Shown here piece after piece: positions 13,321 to 26,754 of a DNA stretch of 64,000 nt. A model generated the notes under the pieces. It had not been told where the DNA came from and searched no databases. It saw nothing but the letters and a program-made list of their open reading frames with translations. The stretch's first letter is position 1. Each line of letters starts with the position of its first letter. The DNA comes from Takakia lepidozioides. Taxonomy: Eukaryota > Plantae > Bryophyta. Made by a program: the position numbers and the translations under genes. The stretch lies in assembly GCA_030704615.1 (NCBI GenBank), contig CM060734.1:59644001-59708000 (forward strand). The letters run 5' to 3'.

Positions 13321-13559
13321 CCATTGTAATTGCGGAGCAGGAATAGCAAAGATGACACATTGCAAGCCCTAGACCTTCTATCTAAGGAGCTTTCCGTCAC
13401 CTTCCAAGGCCAGCAAATGACTGCCACACACCTTTGCAGCCACCATAAAAGCGCCACAAATTTTAGTGAGGTCAATAACCTCACTGGAATTTGCATCGCA
13501 ATGGAGTTATAGGAAATTGCGTTAGAGATGTAGTTTTGAACAGAAAAGCCATAGGAAAT

Positions 13560-14340
13560 TTTAGTGTAAGATTGCCATTTTCTAGGTCCTAAACACTCTT
13601 CCATATTTGTTTCTCCTTGATTCTTTTGCTTACCTTCAATGCTATACCCCAAAAATCTTTTTTGAATATTTAAAGCTCATAGAAAAAGAAAAATTCTACC
13701 TTTGGGATAGGATAAAATGGCATTGATATTTAATGGAAATTTTCTTAGGCCTTAATACTCTCCCTTTATTTGTTTGTTGTTGGTAGAGTTGCTTAGCCTA
13801 AACCCTAGTATACCTTAAGAAATAATTGCAATGTTTGTAGATAAATTAATTTTATTTCTCAACTTAGATGTAGGATAGAGGGCTTGGGATATTTACTTGA
13901 AATTTTTTTATAGGTGCTAAAAGACTTTTCCACATTTGATAGACTTTTACTTACCCCGTACCCTAAAATCTCATTCAAATGTTTGAAGCTCATTGAAATT
14001 CATTTTTTTAACCTTGGGGTACAATAGAGCGGCTGGGATAGTTGATTGAAAGCTAAGTTTATAGGTTTTATACACTCTTGCATAATTTTTCTTGGAAACT
14101 TCGTTTATCCTAAACCCTATACCCTAAAACCTCGTATCTATGTTTGAAGTTCATTCAAAAAAGGGAAATTCCAGCATTGGAGTACAATAAAGTGGTCGGG
14201 ATATTTAATTGAAAGTTTTTATAGGACTTGGGTCTTAAACATTTCTCCATTTGTTTCATTGATACTTTTGCTTCCCCTAAACCATTTATTCCAAAAACCT
14301 CATTATAATGTTTGAAGCTCATTTATGAAAAGCACTCCAG
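13560..14340. repeat. Degenerate AT-rich tandem repeat (about 150-170-bp unit, about 5 copies)
   Basis: The blocks ...TTTTGCTTACC...ACCCTAAAA...TGTTTGAAGCTCATT...GATATTTAATTGAAA...TAGG recur at about 160-bp intervals. Confidence 0.6.
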
Positions 14341-15170
14341 GCTCCAGCTCTAGTTACGATAACATTTTTTGGATATTTATTATATAATATAATGGCTGGA
14401 ATGTTATTATTATTATTATTTAAAAAAAATCTACTGTTACCAAGTTCTTTCATTCTAAGTTATATGTTATATTTGTCATTTTATCCAATGTATGTCACTC
14501 GACTTTGATGTCGACGTTTAATGAATTCAGTGATGCAGCTTCACAAAATTAATGGATTAATTACTTCATAATATTGTTAATATTTGATCTAGTTTAAATG
14601 TAAAAATTAGATTAATTTTTGATCAAATTTAAGTCAAAAATCTAGAATTAGTTAAAATTGAGTTATGTAATAACATAATATATATGTATAAATTTAAATA
14701 AGAGAATTTATGTGTTATATAATTAAAAATCCATTATCACTTTGTATCATACTTTCAACCTCAGATGTCATCATTCCAGTCAAATCCATTCAACAAAGTT
14801 ATTTATCATATTATATCTCAAAAACTCCATTTTGTTTAATCTTTAAAGACCTTCGAGCCATAATTTTGTATGCTATAATGGATGTCCCGTTGCAAATGTC
14901 TACTTAGTAATTAGTGCATGGAGGGGTACTTCTAGTCAATGGAGGTGCATGTATATGTACATGAGAAGAGAAAGACAGAATGAAATGAACCAAGTGTTTA
15001 GGACGTGGACTCAACAAGGTAGAACTAAATCTTAATTTCTTCTTAGTTTATTTAAATTTAAATTAATAAGAAATTAATTTAGATTAACAGGGGGGAGGGC
15101 CCTGGAAATTGAGGACATGGAAAAAATAACCATGTGGGCAGTGAAGGCTTACAACAATTAAGAGAACCAA

Positions 15171-15240
15171 GAGTCAGTAGCTCAGTTGTTAAAGTGCACC
15201 GAGTGCCATCCGGATGACCCGGGGTCAAATCATGCTACGT
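15171..15240 (+). mobile_element. Possible tRNA-derived SINE head (Pol III A/B boxes)
   Basis: GTAGCTCAGTTGTTAAAG (A-box-like) and GGGGTCAAATC (B-box-like) sit at tRNA spacing, but the acceptor stem does not pair. Confidence 0.35.
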
Positions 15241-16371
15241 GATGGGTGTGGTACGCTCTTCTCCCCTTTCTCAGCGCAGTGTCGCATCGGAAAGCCTTCC
15301 GGCGAGGTTTACTGAGAGGTTATTTTCTCCTCTCTCTATCAATGGGCCTGATTTCTGAGCTGTCGCTCCCAGGTGTTTCCCTTTCTTTAAAAAAAAGAGG
15401 AATGATTGTGATAAATGTTCTGCACTTCATTTCTTTGATTTTTTCTCTTTTTTCCAAGAAAGACGGCGACTTGGCTATTCTAATCAAATTAATGGGCCAA
15501 AATGAAACTAAAAAAAAGATAAATATGAAGGTAAAGGTAGCAGGATTTGAACCCAAAATCACCTGGGCGGCAATCATACAAGAGCAAAATTGTAAAACAG
15601 AGTAGTACAACACCATCCACAGAAAAAAAAAAACCATCGACACAGCTACCGAAATGTTTCGAATGTTATATTCAAAGGATATTCAATATATATATTATTA
15701 ATTTAATTATTAAAATCATCAATAATAAAAATAAAATAAAAATAAAATATTGATTAATTTTTTCTTCTTTTTTTTTGGAGAAAGGGGAGGAAGCCCTTTG
15801 GAGCTTTATTACAATGATTATTGAATAACTATTTGTCTTTGGCTGAAAAGGTTTTAAGGCTTAGCCCACATGGACTTGGCTAAAACGATTTTGAGTTTGA
15901 TCAATAAAGTTTATCAGGGCCTCTGTCCCCTGTTCCCTTTATAAAAAAAGAAAAGAAAAGAAAAAGATTTTGAGGTTTAGCCAAAACCTATTGATGTGGC
16001 CTTTTGTCCTGCCCAGAAACAAAAATTTGGCACGAGCTGACATCCTAAAATGTCTCAGTCAGATTCATTCGGTGTAACGCCGAGCGGAGTTACACAGTGT
16101 TCACTTGATGCATCACAAAATTAGTGAATAACGACACACTGTGGTCGTAAAAACATTTCCTCTGATCTGTTGTGCCACAGAAACTTATGCAGACGACAGT
16201 TCACCACGATCGTCCACTTACGGACGTCCGTCGACAGTCTGATCGTGAGCTCTAGGGTTGTGAGAGAGAGAGCTTTGTGTAGAGAGGATTTAAGTGTAAG
16301 GGAGCTTGTGTTGGAGGAGACTGTGCGGAAGGGGGATTCGGGGAGGAGTTGGGAGCACAAGGGCGTCCATC

Positions 16372-19019
16372 ATGGTGATAATTTTCTCTTTGGTTTTTCT
16401 TCTGTTTCTGTGTAACTTTTGAGTGGTCTTGAGGATGCCCTCAGTGTTGGTTTTCCCTGCCAGCGCTGCAGTGGTTTCATCAGCTTCTTCAATTTTTCTC
16501 TGGCTTCCACCTCCTTCCTTCCTTTCTGTATACGTGGGTTGTTAGTGTCCGTCTGTGTTTGATTGTGATTTATTCCACATCACGCACATTTTTAAAGCTC
16601 CAACTTCTGTGGAGAGACTTATGACTCTGATTCTTCTCTGCTGCGCAATGTGGGGGACCTTAGGGTTTCATTTTCGTGTTCGTGCCTTGGGCAGTGTAAT
16701 TTGGGAAATTAAGAATTCATACAACAATGGGAATGGAAAGTTGAATTCTGTTTCAGTGCTCTCTGTCTACAGGCCTTTGACATTAGATTTTTTAGCAGAA
16801 GATTCGTTACATTATTAACGTATTGGACCCCCTTACTGTTGGTAATGGACCTTCCCTGTAACTACCGCTGGATTTATGCAACGAGAATCTCTTTAGTTTG
16901 AGTCTATCGTATGTAGTGGTGACGTCCTACTGTCTGTACATAATCTTGTGCTCACGCAATAAACCCCCAAGCTGAGTATCGCCTTGCCCCATACTTGAGA
17001 TGAATTATGTGTCTAGAGCACTTGATCTTTCTAATGTCAGTTCCAGAGTCTAATCTGGGGAGAGTTCCAAAGACAAGTGAAGCTCAGTTGAAGTGAAAAT
17101 GACGGTTTTGTTTGAGTACTGCATACACAACACGATGTAAGCATGGACTTTTTTTGAGTGACTTTACCCGGGAATTTGGTTTATTTGAATGATTTGTTTT
17201 ATTCAAGGCTCGCCAAATTGTCCACCTGTTTGAAGTATCGTCTTACTGTTTTGGGCCTCCTCAGTTTGGTGGTTACTACTGTGATGGCAGGACGATCCAG
17301 AGCTGGAATCCATCAGGCAGCGCCGTATGGAGGAGCTCATGAGCCAGCGGGGTGGGGCCAATGGAGTGAGTTGTCTACTAGCCTATTTTTCTTCTAAACA
17401 TGATTCCTTTGTTTACGTTGACATGGAAAGTGATTAGATAGGGTACAGTTATGTAGGGTTTATGAGAGGGACTGATTAAAGTGTCCGGGTCGCCAAGGTG
17501 GCAGTCATCAATTGAAGGCGTTCCTAGTTTATAAAGCTTCAATGGCCACAAGGCTATGGCAAACAACGTCTTATGAGTACAATTTATAAAGCTGCCTTTT
17601 TCTACCTCCTTTGTAAGCAAATTGTTGGCGTATTGGTGTGGAACAGAGTAATCCTCAGAGCAGGGAGCAGCAACAGGCACAGGAGGAACAGAAGAGGTAT
17701 TTGTCTCCTGCATGGTGTATGGGATGTGCAACAAATAAACAGTCCATGCAGTTAATCAGATTTGTGGTCGCTCATATGTACAAGCGCTTCTGATACTGGA
17801 ATTCATGCCTTATCGAGCAGGGAAAACTGCATGGCATGACATACATTGCTGTGGGCATTGTGCCCGGAGCACGTGCTAGATTGAGTTATTTCTGGTTTAG
17901 ATAGGGGGTCGTGATTTATGGATGGAAGTGCATGGAACTTACTGCCTTGTTAGGAAGAGGTCCTTTTAGTTACAGTTACGTGTCTAATTAATTGTCCGCT
18001 TCATGCATAGTGTCATCTTGAGTTCACTACCTTAGTGACATGTTCAGTTAATTCATACTTGGGAATGCAGGGAGGTAGAAGAACGCAGACAAATGATGCT
18101 GGTCAGGATTCTCTCCTCAGAGGCACGGGAACGCCGTGAGTATTTGCTTTATGTCGTTGAGGGAGATGATGACATTCATTTACTGGCTGACATACCCCTG
18201 CTGAGGCCAGCTATGACATACCTTTGAGGTCCTAGACAGGGTATCCACTCATAGCTGGTTGTCAGCACTTGAGACCCAAACCAACTTGCCATTGTGCTGG
18301 TGCACCACCAATGACAATAGTGTTACTGGAATTTTCCCCTGTTTTATGTAAGATGGGGGAGAGAGGGATTGTTAGCCTGCATGTGAACATGTACTCATGG
18401 AAAGGGAGAGTTTGGGTATTTTTTCAGTTGCTCGAATTGCTTTGGTAAAACCTGAGAAGGCAAAGGGCGTGGAGGACCTCATATTGCGAAGTGCGCAATA
18501 TGGGCAGATCACTGAAAAGGTGCGTCTTTTTACTCACATATTAATTTCTCTCGTATGCACTTATTTGAGGATGCCTTTACTGATAGCTCGAATATTGGAG
18601 GGGACTGTGATTTTAAGTCACTGTCCCTTTTCATTGTTCCCTGCGCACATCTGGGAGCCCCGGGTGCAGGTCTCCCACAAGTTTCCATGTATTCCAGTGT
18701 AAGCCTGTGCTGTGGTCGATCTCTCATGAATTTGTCTCGTGGCACAGGTGTCAGAGGAGAAGCTCATTTCATTGTTGGAACAAATCAATGAACAGACTCA
18801 AAAAACAACCAAAGTCACAGTAAGCTTTTCATCTTACAACTTGATCCCACATCACCTAAACTACATCAAATGTGGAAGAGATTGTATGAATTGTGCTCCC
18901 TTGATGTAGAAACATAGTATCTCCCTTGGATGTGATCCTGTTGCTCGCCTGATTTGTAACACTTTACTCTCTTATCACAGATTCAACGGCGACGAAGTGT
19001 GCTTGATGATGACGACTGA
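16372..19019 (+). CDS. PDCD5: Programmed cell death protein 5 (dsDNA-binding family), 7 exons
   Basis: Exons with GT-AG boundaries: 16372-16374 (ATG only, inferred), 17291-17365, 17647-17696, 18071-18135, 18428-18519, 18748-18819, 18981-19019. The product reads MDDPELESIRQRRMEELM...EERRQMMLVRILSSEARERLARIALVKPEKAKGVEDLILRSAQYGQITEKVSEEKLISLLEQINEQTQKTTKVTIQRRRSVLDDDD*. Confidence 0.93.
17541..17580 (+). repeat. Short LINE-like 3' tail copy in PDCD5 intron 2
   Basis: AATGGCCACAAGGCTATGGCAAACAACGTCTTATGAGTAC matches the reverse complement of 34603-34642 at 38 of 40 positions. Confidence 0.6.
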
Positions 19020-19423
19020 GGGAAACTGGTTTGTACAAGATTTCAAGCGTTGACTTGAGGACCGTTGTATTGGAGCAACTGTATGACACTGTATTTTGAC
19101 AGTGTATTTGGGAAACTTTGGAAGAGTAGATATCATTAGTCTCTCACAGTGATGGTGCAGATCGCGTTTCATTTTTGTCAAATTTGATGTGTTGGCTGGT
19201 ACAGGTTAGTGTTCTTGATCTGCTTTGCACTCCCACATCTCATCTTTAGTTCTATACTAACATCTTTTCTAATGTAGTATGTTTTAGGGATGTAAAACAG
19301 AAGTGCAGTGTACACTTTCCTTGGCCACCATGAATGCAACGTTGACTGTATCTGAGTGAGAAATTTGTGGTCAGTGGCAGGATGTATGTCTTTAGAAAAT
19401 TCAAGGATCAAGAGTATAACTAA

Positions 19424-22290
19424 TCAAGTTTTATTAAAAGTACTGATATCTGCATTTGCAGTTTCAGTTGGATTATGTTCCTCCATTGTATCTTTACTCA
19501 AATCATCCTTGGTAACATTCTTTTGTTCTTGAAACTTTGCATATACTGCATCCAAAGCCTTCCGCACAGAAATTTTGGCTTCTGATGCAGCTTCATGACC
19601 ACAACCTGGACTTGCAAGAGCTATTATTTGCTTGAAACCAGAAGAGGTGTCAAGAGCCTGGTTGTCATTGGTTGGTAGAACTGTTGTGATTCCCACATTG
19701 CTAAGTCGAAGCTGCTTTGATGTCCGTCGAAATGGTTCATGAAAAGCATCATGCAAACGCTTCACCTGAGCGTACCAACTACATAAGTGACCATCACTTA
19801 TAGTTGCACTCTTCGAATGATAATGAAGTAGGATAGCTAAGAAATTAGGAGATGTTGATTTAGGGTTGGCCCAGCCACACCTAAGAAGAGATACTTTATG
19901 AATGCATGATACCAAGTGCTCTTTACCTTTCGTTCTCCAATGCCCGGGCATCGTGCCAGCTCCTCCATTGACGCTCCCATAATAGCTGCCATGGTCTACA
20001 TAAAAGGAATGCTCATGTCAATCCTTGGGGCCATTGACTAGCCCTCCTGATTGCAGGAGCATTTGTTGGGATATCTCGACAGAGAGGTTAAGGAGACATA
20101 GTAAGTAAGAAATTGTTTGCCAGAACTTTCCAAAAGCTAACTTCAGAGACATTTGAGGAGAATTTGACATACACTGAACGTGCTCCCCAGGGAGATGGCA
20201 TCTGTCTTATTTACGCGTCTCACAGTCGTCAGCGCACTAGTCAGCTGCACTAAAGGATCAAACAACATACTTAGAAAAGTTATTGAACCACACAAGGGAG
20301 AGGGAGGAAACAAGGAGGAGAACCCCCCAGCTACAATTTCAGAACACAGAATGCATGCTCACTAGCTTTGTGGGCACAAACCGCACACCTGATTCAGACA
20401 GAGAAAACAAAGAACGATGATGATGCACTGACACAAATCACCGGGATTTGTTGTCACCAAGCATTGCAACATCACAATGCTCCTAGACACAAAAGTTTCC
20501 AGTAACAACAGTAGAGACCCATGCACGGACAACTCAAAGATAAAACATCTCTTTAAAGTAACAGTGGCATTGACACTCATGTGTTTTACTGCTAGATATG
20601 GGGATGGCCAGATCATAAAGCCTACCCTCGAGACGTAGTCATTATTGGTACGCTCCTGAATGTTGTCAGCAGGCTTGTTCTCATACATCTTTATCGTCTC
20701 CAAATACCGCGCACATTCTTCCAAACTGCAATGTCAAGCCTGACCTTAACTCACGCCTGATAGTCAAATGACACCCAGTATCCAGTTTTTGTCTACCAAA
20801 GTCACTTCAACAACCCAATGAAGACAGCGATAAGATGATTAGAAGGTGGAGAGTATACATCCAAAGCTTCACTGCAGGATACATAGACGACACTTGCGAC
20901 CGCCTTCCTATCAAATCCAGTCAAATCACCAAGATAATCTCACCTCCATGCACAAAGAAGGCTACAGTCATGAAGAAGAGCTGTCTTGGTCACCTCGTGC
21001 AACGGCTTTATCACATCCTCCTGCATATGCATTCAAACACTCATAACTGAGTACAAACACAATCATTCCTGAAGGAATGACGCCCCCAGACCAGAAGTAC
21101 ATGAAACAACAATTTTAATGCATTCACATATAATTGGGGCAGAATTTCCAGCAATCGGTTCTCTCTCAAAACAATTGCATCACCAAATGTACAAATTAGC
21201 TCTCACTCCTCTCAAGAAAAGTCTAGTGACATGGAGTGGCCGTGGACTGTCTAAAGGAGGCACAGAACGCACCACGCCAGTTCACACTGCAGAAGCAAAC
21301 AGAGGGTGGAAATGCTATGCAGCAGGAGAGAGAGGTAGGATCACTGAGGAGTGACAAACATCAGGAGTCCATCCATAACATACTCCCATTTGCATCCAGG
21401 GCACTTCTTGCCGTGACAATTGCAGCCTTTTCACTCTGATCAGGGCCTTCTATATGCACCGACACCGCATGCTTCAAGATTGCACTTTTCGTGTTTTACT
21501 GCCAATATTCTACTGGTTGGCACTCAATGGGCGAAAACCATACTCACCACATCAATGTGGCAGAGGATAACCCTCAAACGAAAGCTTTTCAGCAGTTCTT
21601 GGATTTGAAAATAGAGATAGTCAGGATGCAGCAAATGATACCGTAAACTGTCAACATCAAATCTGCCTTGTTAATACCAGGTAGTTCTCGGATGCCAGAT
21701 CTTCATTTGAAATAGAGATGGTAAGATGGTATTGTAGAGTGTCAACATCAAATCAGACTTGTACAAAGTAATTCTCAAATGCGAGAGCTCAAGGTCTATT
21801 ACTGCCAAATCTAGTCTATTTCTAAGGTCTGCCAAGATCTATTACTACCAAATACCTACCTCTACTATGCCCTGCAATATCGGAAGTCTGCAATAACAAG
21901 ACAGACCTAGCAGGCTATTCCAAACCAAAAAGGACAAGCATAAGGAGAACCTGAGATAGAGGGCACAGGTGGTCTGGCCAAGCAAGTAGTCAGGAACTAT
22001 GTCACCATAAATCCATCGCACATTCCGAATGTGCTTCAGCACTGGATTTCCTTGCTGCACCCAATAGCAGCTCTTACAAACCACCTAACATAAAAGGGGG
22101 CCAGGGAAAGTGAAGGGCTGCCAATCCTTAAACCAGCACTGTAAGCAGATTGTCCTTGGCTGTGTCCATATGTGCCCTTCAGAGAGAGATTGAGAGAGAG
22201 AGAGAGAGAGATTTTCAGGACAAACCTGGCGACGGCTGACCACAATAGCATTTCGAGCCTGCCCGGAAGAGGTGGCAGTGGAGCTCTACA
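19424..22290 (-). CDS. ERCC1: DNA excision repair protein ERCC1 (multi-exon; start codon not resolved, probably upstream of 22290)
   Basis: Exons read [11 protein letters not shown] / [35 protein letters not shown] / [33 protein letters not shown] / [25 protein letters not shown] / [23 protein letters not shown] / [23 protein letters not shown] / [22 protein letters not shown] / [12 protein letters not shown]...*. The stop is at 19424. Confidence 0.93.
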
Positions 22291-23990
22291 ACAAAGTGGA
22301 AGGTCAGATGCAATTCTCACAAAAACAGTTCAGTCCCACCTAGAGCTAGATTCTGCTCTGGTGGAGCCTGTACACCCTTTTTCCTTTCTGTCCCCAAGTA
22401 TCATCTCCTTTTTATGCTCTGCCATCACTAACACATCACAGATGTACGCTGACCCCAATTCACAGAAGGATGTGACAGTTTTTGATTGAGGAGCATAAAA
22501 CCCTAAATACCCTCAAAAACCTAATCACAAAAGCTGAGTTGCACAGAATTCCTCCGTTTAACTGTCTCCCCTTACTTCTCTCGTTCTCATAGCTACACAA
22601 AACAACCCCCCCTCCTGAAGCCCCTCCTGAAGAACGAGCTAACATTCCATCGTGCTTAATCCCAATCTCAAGGCTTCCCCAAAACAAACTCCCTCCCCAA
22701 GCTACCGCAATAATGAGAATGATAGAAGAATTAGGAATTAGGCATGCTTGAAGCCAAAGACTCACCTCACCAGTGAAGTGATGGACTCCGAGTTCCACAT
22801 GCGCTCACAAATTAAGCCGCGGTTATCCTCCCTGCTTCAGATTCACCTGGCACGGATTTGGCATAATGCACATGCAAGAGTTCAGTTGCATAACTTTCTG
22901 TATGATGCAAAAAAGGTTACGGAATCGAGTTCTCCTGAAGCTTGTGGAGGCAGCTGACAAGAGTTCTTGTTGTGATTGGTGTGACGGCGCTCAAAGTGCC
23001 AAAGGGAATAACGGCGGGAGCTATTGTTTGGCAGCTCAAGATCATCCATGCTAGGTGAACTAGTTTGGTAGATGCTGAGGTGTGCTCACAAATCTTGTGT
23101 TATCGCCCATACACGGCCCGTTCTCTAGTACAAATTAAACCCCAAATGAGCGATGATATATTCTTAAAGAAACGTGGGTAAGTAGATGATCGACCCTAAC
23201 ACGTACTATGGAACGGGTACCTACCGGGGCCCGTGCCGGAGCGTAACCGGTGTTCCTCACTGTCGATGCTGATGAAAACGTATGGCTCAGATTATACCTA
23301 TGAAACCCTCGAATCGAGAGCAGGTACCCCTTGATGCTGATTGATCGTACGGTCGAAAGGAGTTCTATGTAACGGTAATACACAAATACGATCTGGTAAG
23401 GAACAAGCTCGCTATGAGTGTGGCGGGGATCTGAGCAGAGGACTTGACATGTAACCCTGCGGTTCCTCAGTGCTGAGTCTAGAAAATAAAGTGAGCGAGC
23501 CATGTCACAATTGTTCCTTGCTGCTGTGGTGTGAGTTCGTGAGTAGGTAGATGCATATTCGAAATAGGAATTTACATTTATCGTCCTGCCACATCTGAAA
23601 TACGGAGAGACAGGATGAAGCAGAAAGCAAATACGAGGAGAAGAACGAGAACTAGAAATGCAGAATAGTAGTGGGTACGCTAATCTCAGATGAGAATCCG
23701 TAGCATCCAAGGGTGGCCAAATATGGGGAGCATTGAAATGATTATCAGTTGAGGATCTAAAGCATCTATGAGCATATCACAAAATTGGAGCAAGTGCCTC
23801 AGCAACTGCCCCCTCCACAAACAAGTCATCATCTAGTTCTCAGGTACCTACCTCCTATATCCGCTCCTGATCACAATCATCATCTTCAGAATCATAATAT
23901 GACTCGTATCCAAATGAGTCGCAGTCCAGAAAACCATAGGAGCAATCTACGTTCCCGATAGGTGAAGGGAGAAGGATTCCGGCATCGGCA

Positions 23991-25542
23991 CTAGGAGGAG
24001 ATAGACGCGACTGTAAAGGCCGGTGTCGCCTGAACAGCGGCAAGAGCAGCGTGAGGACTGTAGACCAACTGTCTCTTCCACGCTGGAAAGAGCAAGGACA
24101 GTCCCTGCCGCGGATTCTCGATCCGGACTATATCCAAGCATTGTTGCACAAGATCCATCAACTTTGAAGAGCCTCGTGAGTGTTTGCCAAGACATATGCC
24201 TGTTGCTTGTTCGAAATCCCTGGGGATACGACTCATATCATACCCCCCGCATTCAGTTAACTTGACGATGTGTTCCGCAAGCCAAGTCCTTAGCTTTTCC
24301 ACGAGAACAGGACCGCTCATCCTTGGCGAGCTCTTTGGCTGGCGCGCTGCCTCATGTTGCTGACAGGAAAGTGACATGTTTACCACTCTCTTATTTGCTG
24401 GAAAGAGCAAGGACAATCCCCTTCGGGGATTCTCGATACGAACGATATCACAGCAATGTTTTCGGACAAGATTCATGAGGTTTGAACAGCCTAGTGCTTG
24501 CATGTCAAGGCGATTTCCGGTCTCCAATTGGAAGTCCTGGGGAATGAGACTGATATCGTACCCCTTAGACCCTCTCTCAGTGGACACGACTCGGGCTAAC
24601 CAATCTCGGAGCTTTTCTAGCATAGGTCCAGAGTGATTAACATGAGTCAGGCCTCCACCACTTGCCAGAGAAGCCCAAATCCACACACTTGATGCCACGG
24701 TGTCAAGCAGGGATGATGATACTTCTGTACCAAGATCAGGTCGTGCCAGCAGAATATTGTACGTTCTCATTCGCAGCCGATGCAATGCATTGGCGAAGTC
24801 CCGATCCCCAGATATGAGAAGAAGGTGTGCTGGAGGCGGGTTGTCGAGTGCCCAGAATATCATGTCAACCAATATTGCCTTATCACTGGCATCCTTCCGT
24901 CCTGCGACCTCCATAACAGCTTATCTGAGGACAGGTGATTTGAGAATGTCCTTCCCGTCACAGTGCCCCGACTTCTGGATTTAGTACTACAACTAGTACT
25001 CCAGTCACTAAACTGCATGTGATTGTGCATGCAATATACACTGTTAAACCCGTCATAGCCCTTTCCACTTTCGAGAAAAAAATCAGTTGACTTCTTCTGT
25101 GACCTAGAGCTAAGTATTCGGTGCATATTCAAGGAAATGTACATTCAATGACTTCTGTCTTACACTAAACGACAGTATGGCACGCTGAGGTAGTAATACA
25201 TGTAAAAACAACTCGGCCTGAGTAACGAGACACAATAGTGCTGGGATGTGCTCTAGAGCACTTATAATCGGCAATACTGAAAATTTGTAAATTACCTGTC
25301 GGAACGTGATGCAAATTGATGCCTGTGCTGGAAAGTGCTTCTTGCTTGAATCTGGGTAGGAGCTGTGTATCACCATAGGCAGAGATGGATATAGGCCCTT
25401 TAAAGTTGGCCTTCCGGAGTGATGAGCTCACGTTCCGGGCGATAACGGAGGGATCAAGCCATGCAGGCACCTGACAATTCTCGATGTCCCACCAGACAGA
25501 TACCTTCGCTGTAAGTGCCGCGGAATTAGTTTCTTCCGCCAT
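23991..25542 (-). CDS. NYN (PIN-fold) endoribonuclease with two LOTUS/OST-HTH domains, MARF1/limkain-b1-like; paralog 1
   Basis: Exon 1 (about 25296-25542) contains VSVWWDIENCQVP...ISAYGD...GINLHHVP. Exon 2 contains GRKDASDKAILVDM...LLLISGDRDFANALHRLR. Two repeats of the form EKLR.WLA...GYD.S.IP.DF...TG..L....G.S.LM.LV...DIVRIENPR follow. Confidence 0.88.
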
Positions 25543-26754
25543 TTTCCTGGCGCAATTATCCTTCCCTGGCACAGATTCCCCGAGCCTAACATCAGGACTA
25601 AGCATATCTAAAGCTCTCCTGCATTTGCACACACGTTTTTCTCCAGTCGTTAGTCAATGGATATTGTTCGAAAGACTTGCACGTAGATTTGTCGAGGCGA
25701 GGTCGAGGCCTTTCGTGTAGTTATATCCTTCAATCGGCTTGTTCAACCTGAAATCACCTTATTTGGACCAAGCATTACCTCTAGAGAGGCTCCGAGTCAC
25801 ATCGGTCCCAACATCAGTCTTCATTGTGAATTTTTCCAAGTGCATCATGAATGGAAGTCTATCTCGACGTAGAATCTCAGCTGAATCAACAATCTTGGAT
25901 CTATTTTGCATCGATAGTATATATTCAAGCTGTGCACTGTCACATACATGACTACATCGGCGTTGAGGTTTAGCCCCTAGATCTGTCAAACAAAAAAACT
26001 ACTTTACATGTTTCATCGGTTGGTACATATATTCAACAAGACAACATATATTCAACAGGACCGTTCACAAAGTCTCAAGAGCTAGTAACACGCTCATGTT
26101 GTACATATATTCAACAAGAAGGAAAGAGGCAGGACCGTTCATGTGCAAAAGTCTCAAGAGCTAGTAACACGCTCATGGTATGAATCTACTTACTTCTTAA
26201 TCACTGAAAGTGAATCTTTAATTTTTTGTAGGCTGCAATCGGCGACCAGAGCTTCATTGTAGCAGATCCTTCAGGGCTGCTACTGCTGCGTGCCCCTAGG
26301 CGCTCATGCAATATAATGCTGCATGCTGCACTGATCGGCTGTGAGTCATCGACTAAAACACATTCTGCACACTCGTTCCCTCAAAAATGAAGACGATACT
26401 GATTTTGTGTGTGAGATCTGAGTGAGAGGACGTGATCCTGACAAATCTGCACATCATTCTGGCCAAATCTGTGAAGACTGCACGGAGCGAGAGAGACGGG
26501 ACGAGGAGGGCGGCGCTCATGATTCCAAGAACGACACGTCGACGATATGCAATCACATTTGGGCGCCCGGACGGGCTACATGAATGAAGATCAAACTAAT
26601 GAAGAACAGAGTTCATCCGTCAAGGAGTGACGTTGGAGGAATGCTAAGGCTGGAGGAAACGACGATGCGAAGCAGTTATTCATTCATCCGGGGCCGTTTG
26701 CTGTCTCGCACATGAAGAGTTAGGGTTTAGCGGTAGGGAGTGTGTGCTGCTTCG

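Noticed and set aside
15171-15245. A functional tRNA-Gly(GCC) gene
   Set aside because: A/B-box-like motifs are present but the acceptor and T stems do not pair. It is kept only as a possible SINE head.
23095-23129. A Helitron 3' end (GTGT...ACACGG hairpin followed by CTAG|T)
   Set aside because: The hairpin is weak, and no matching 5' TC end or Rep/helicase sequence was identified.
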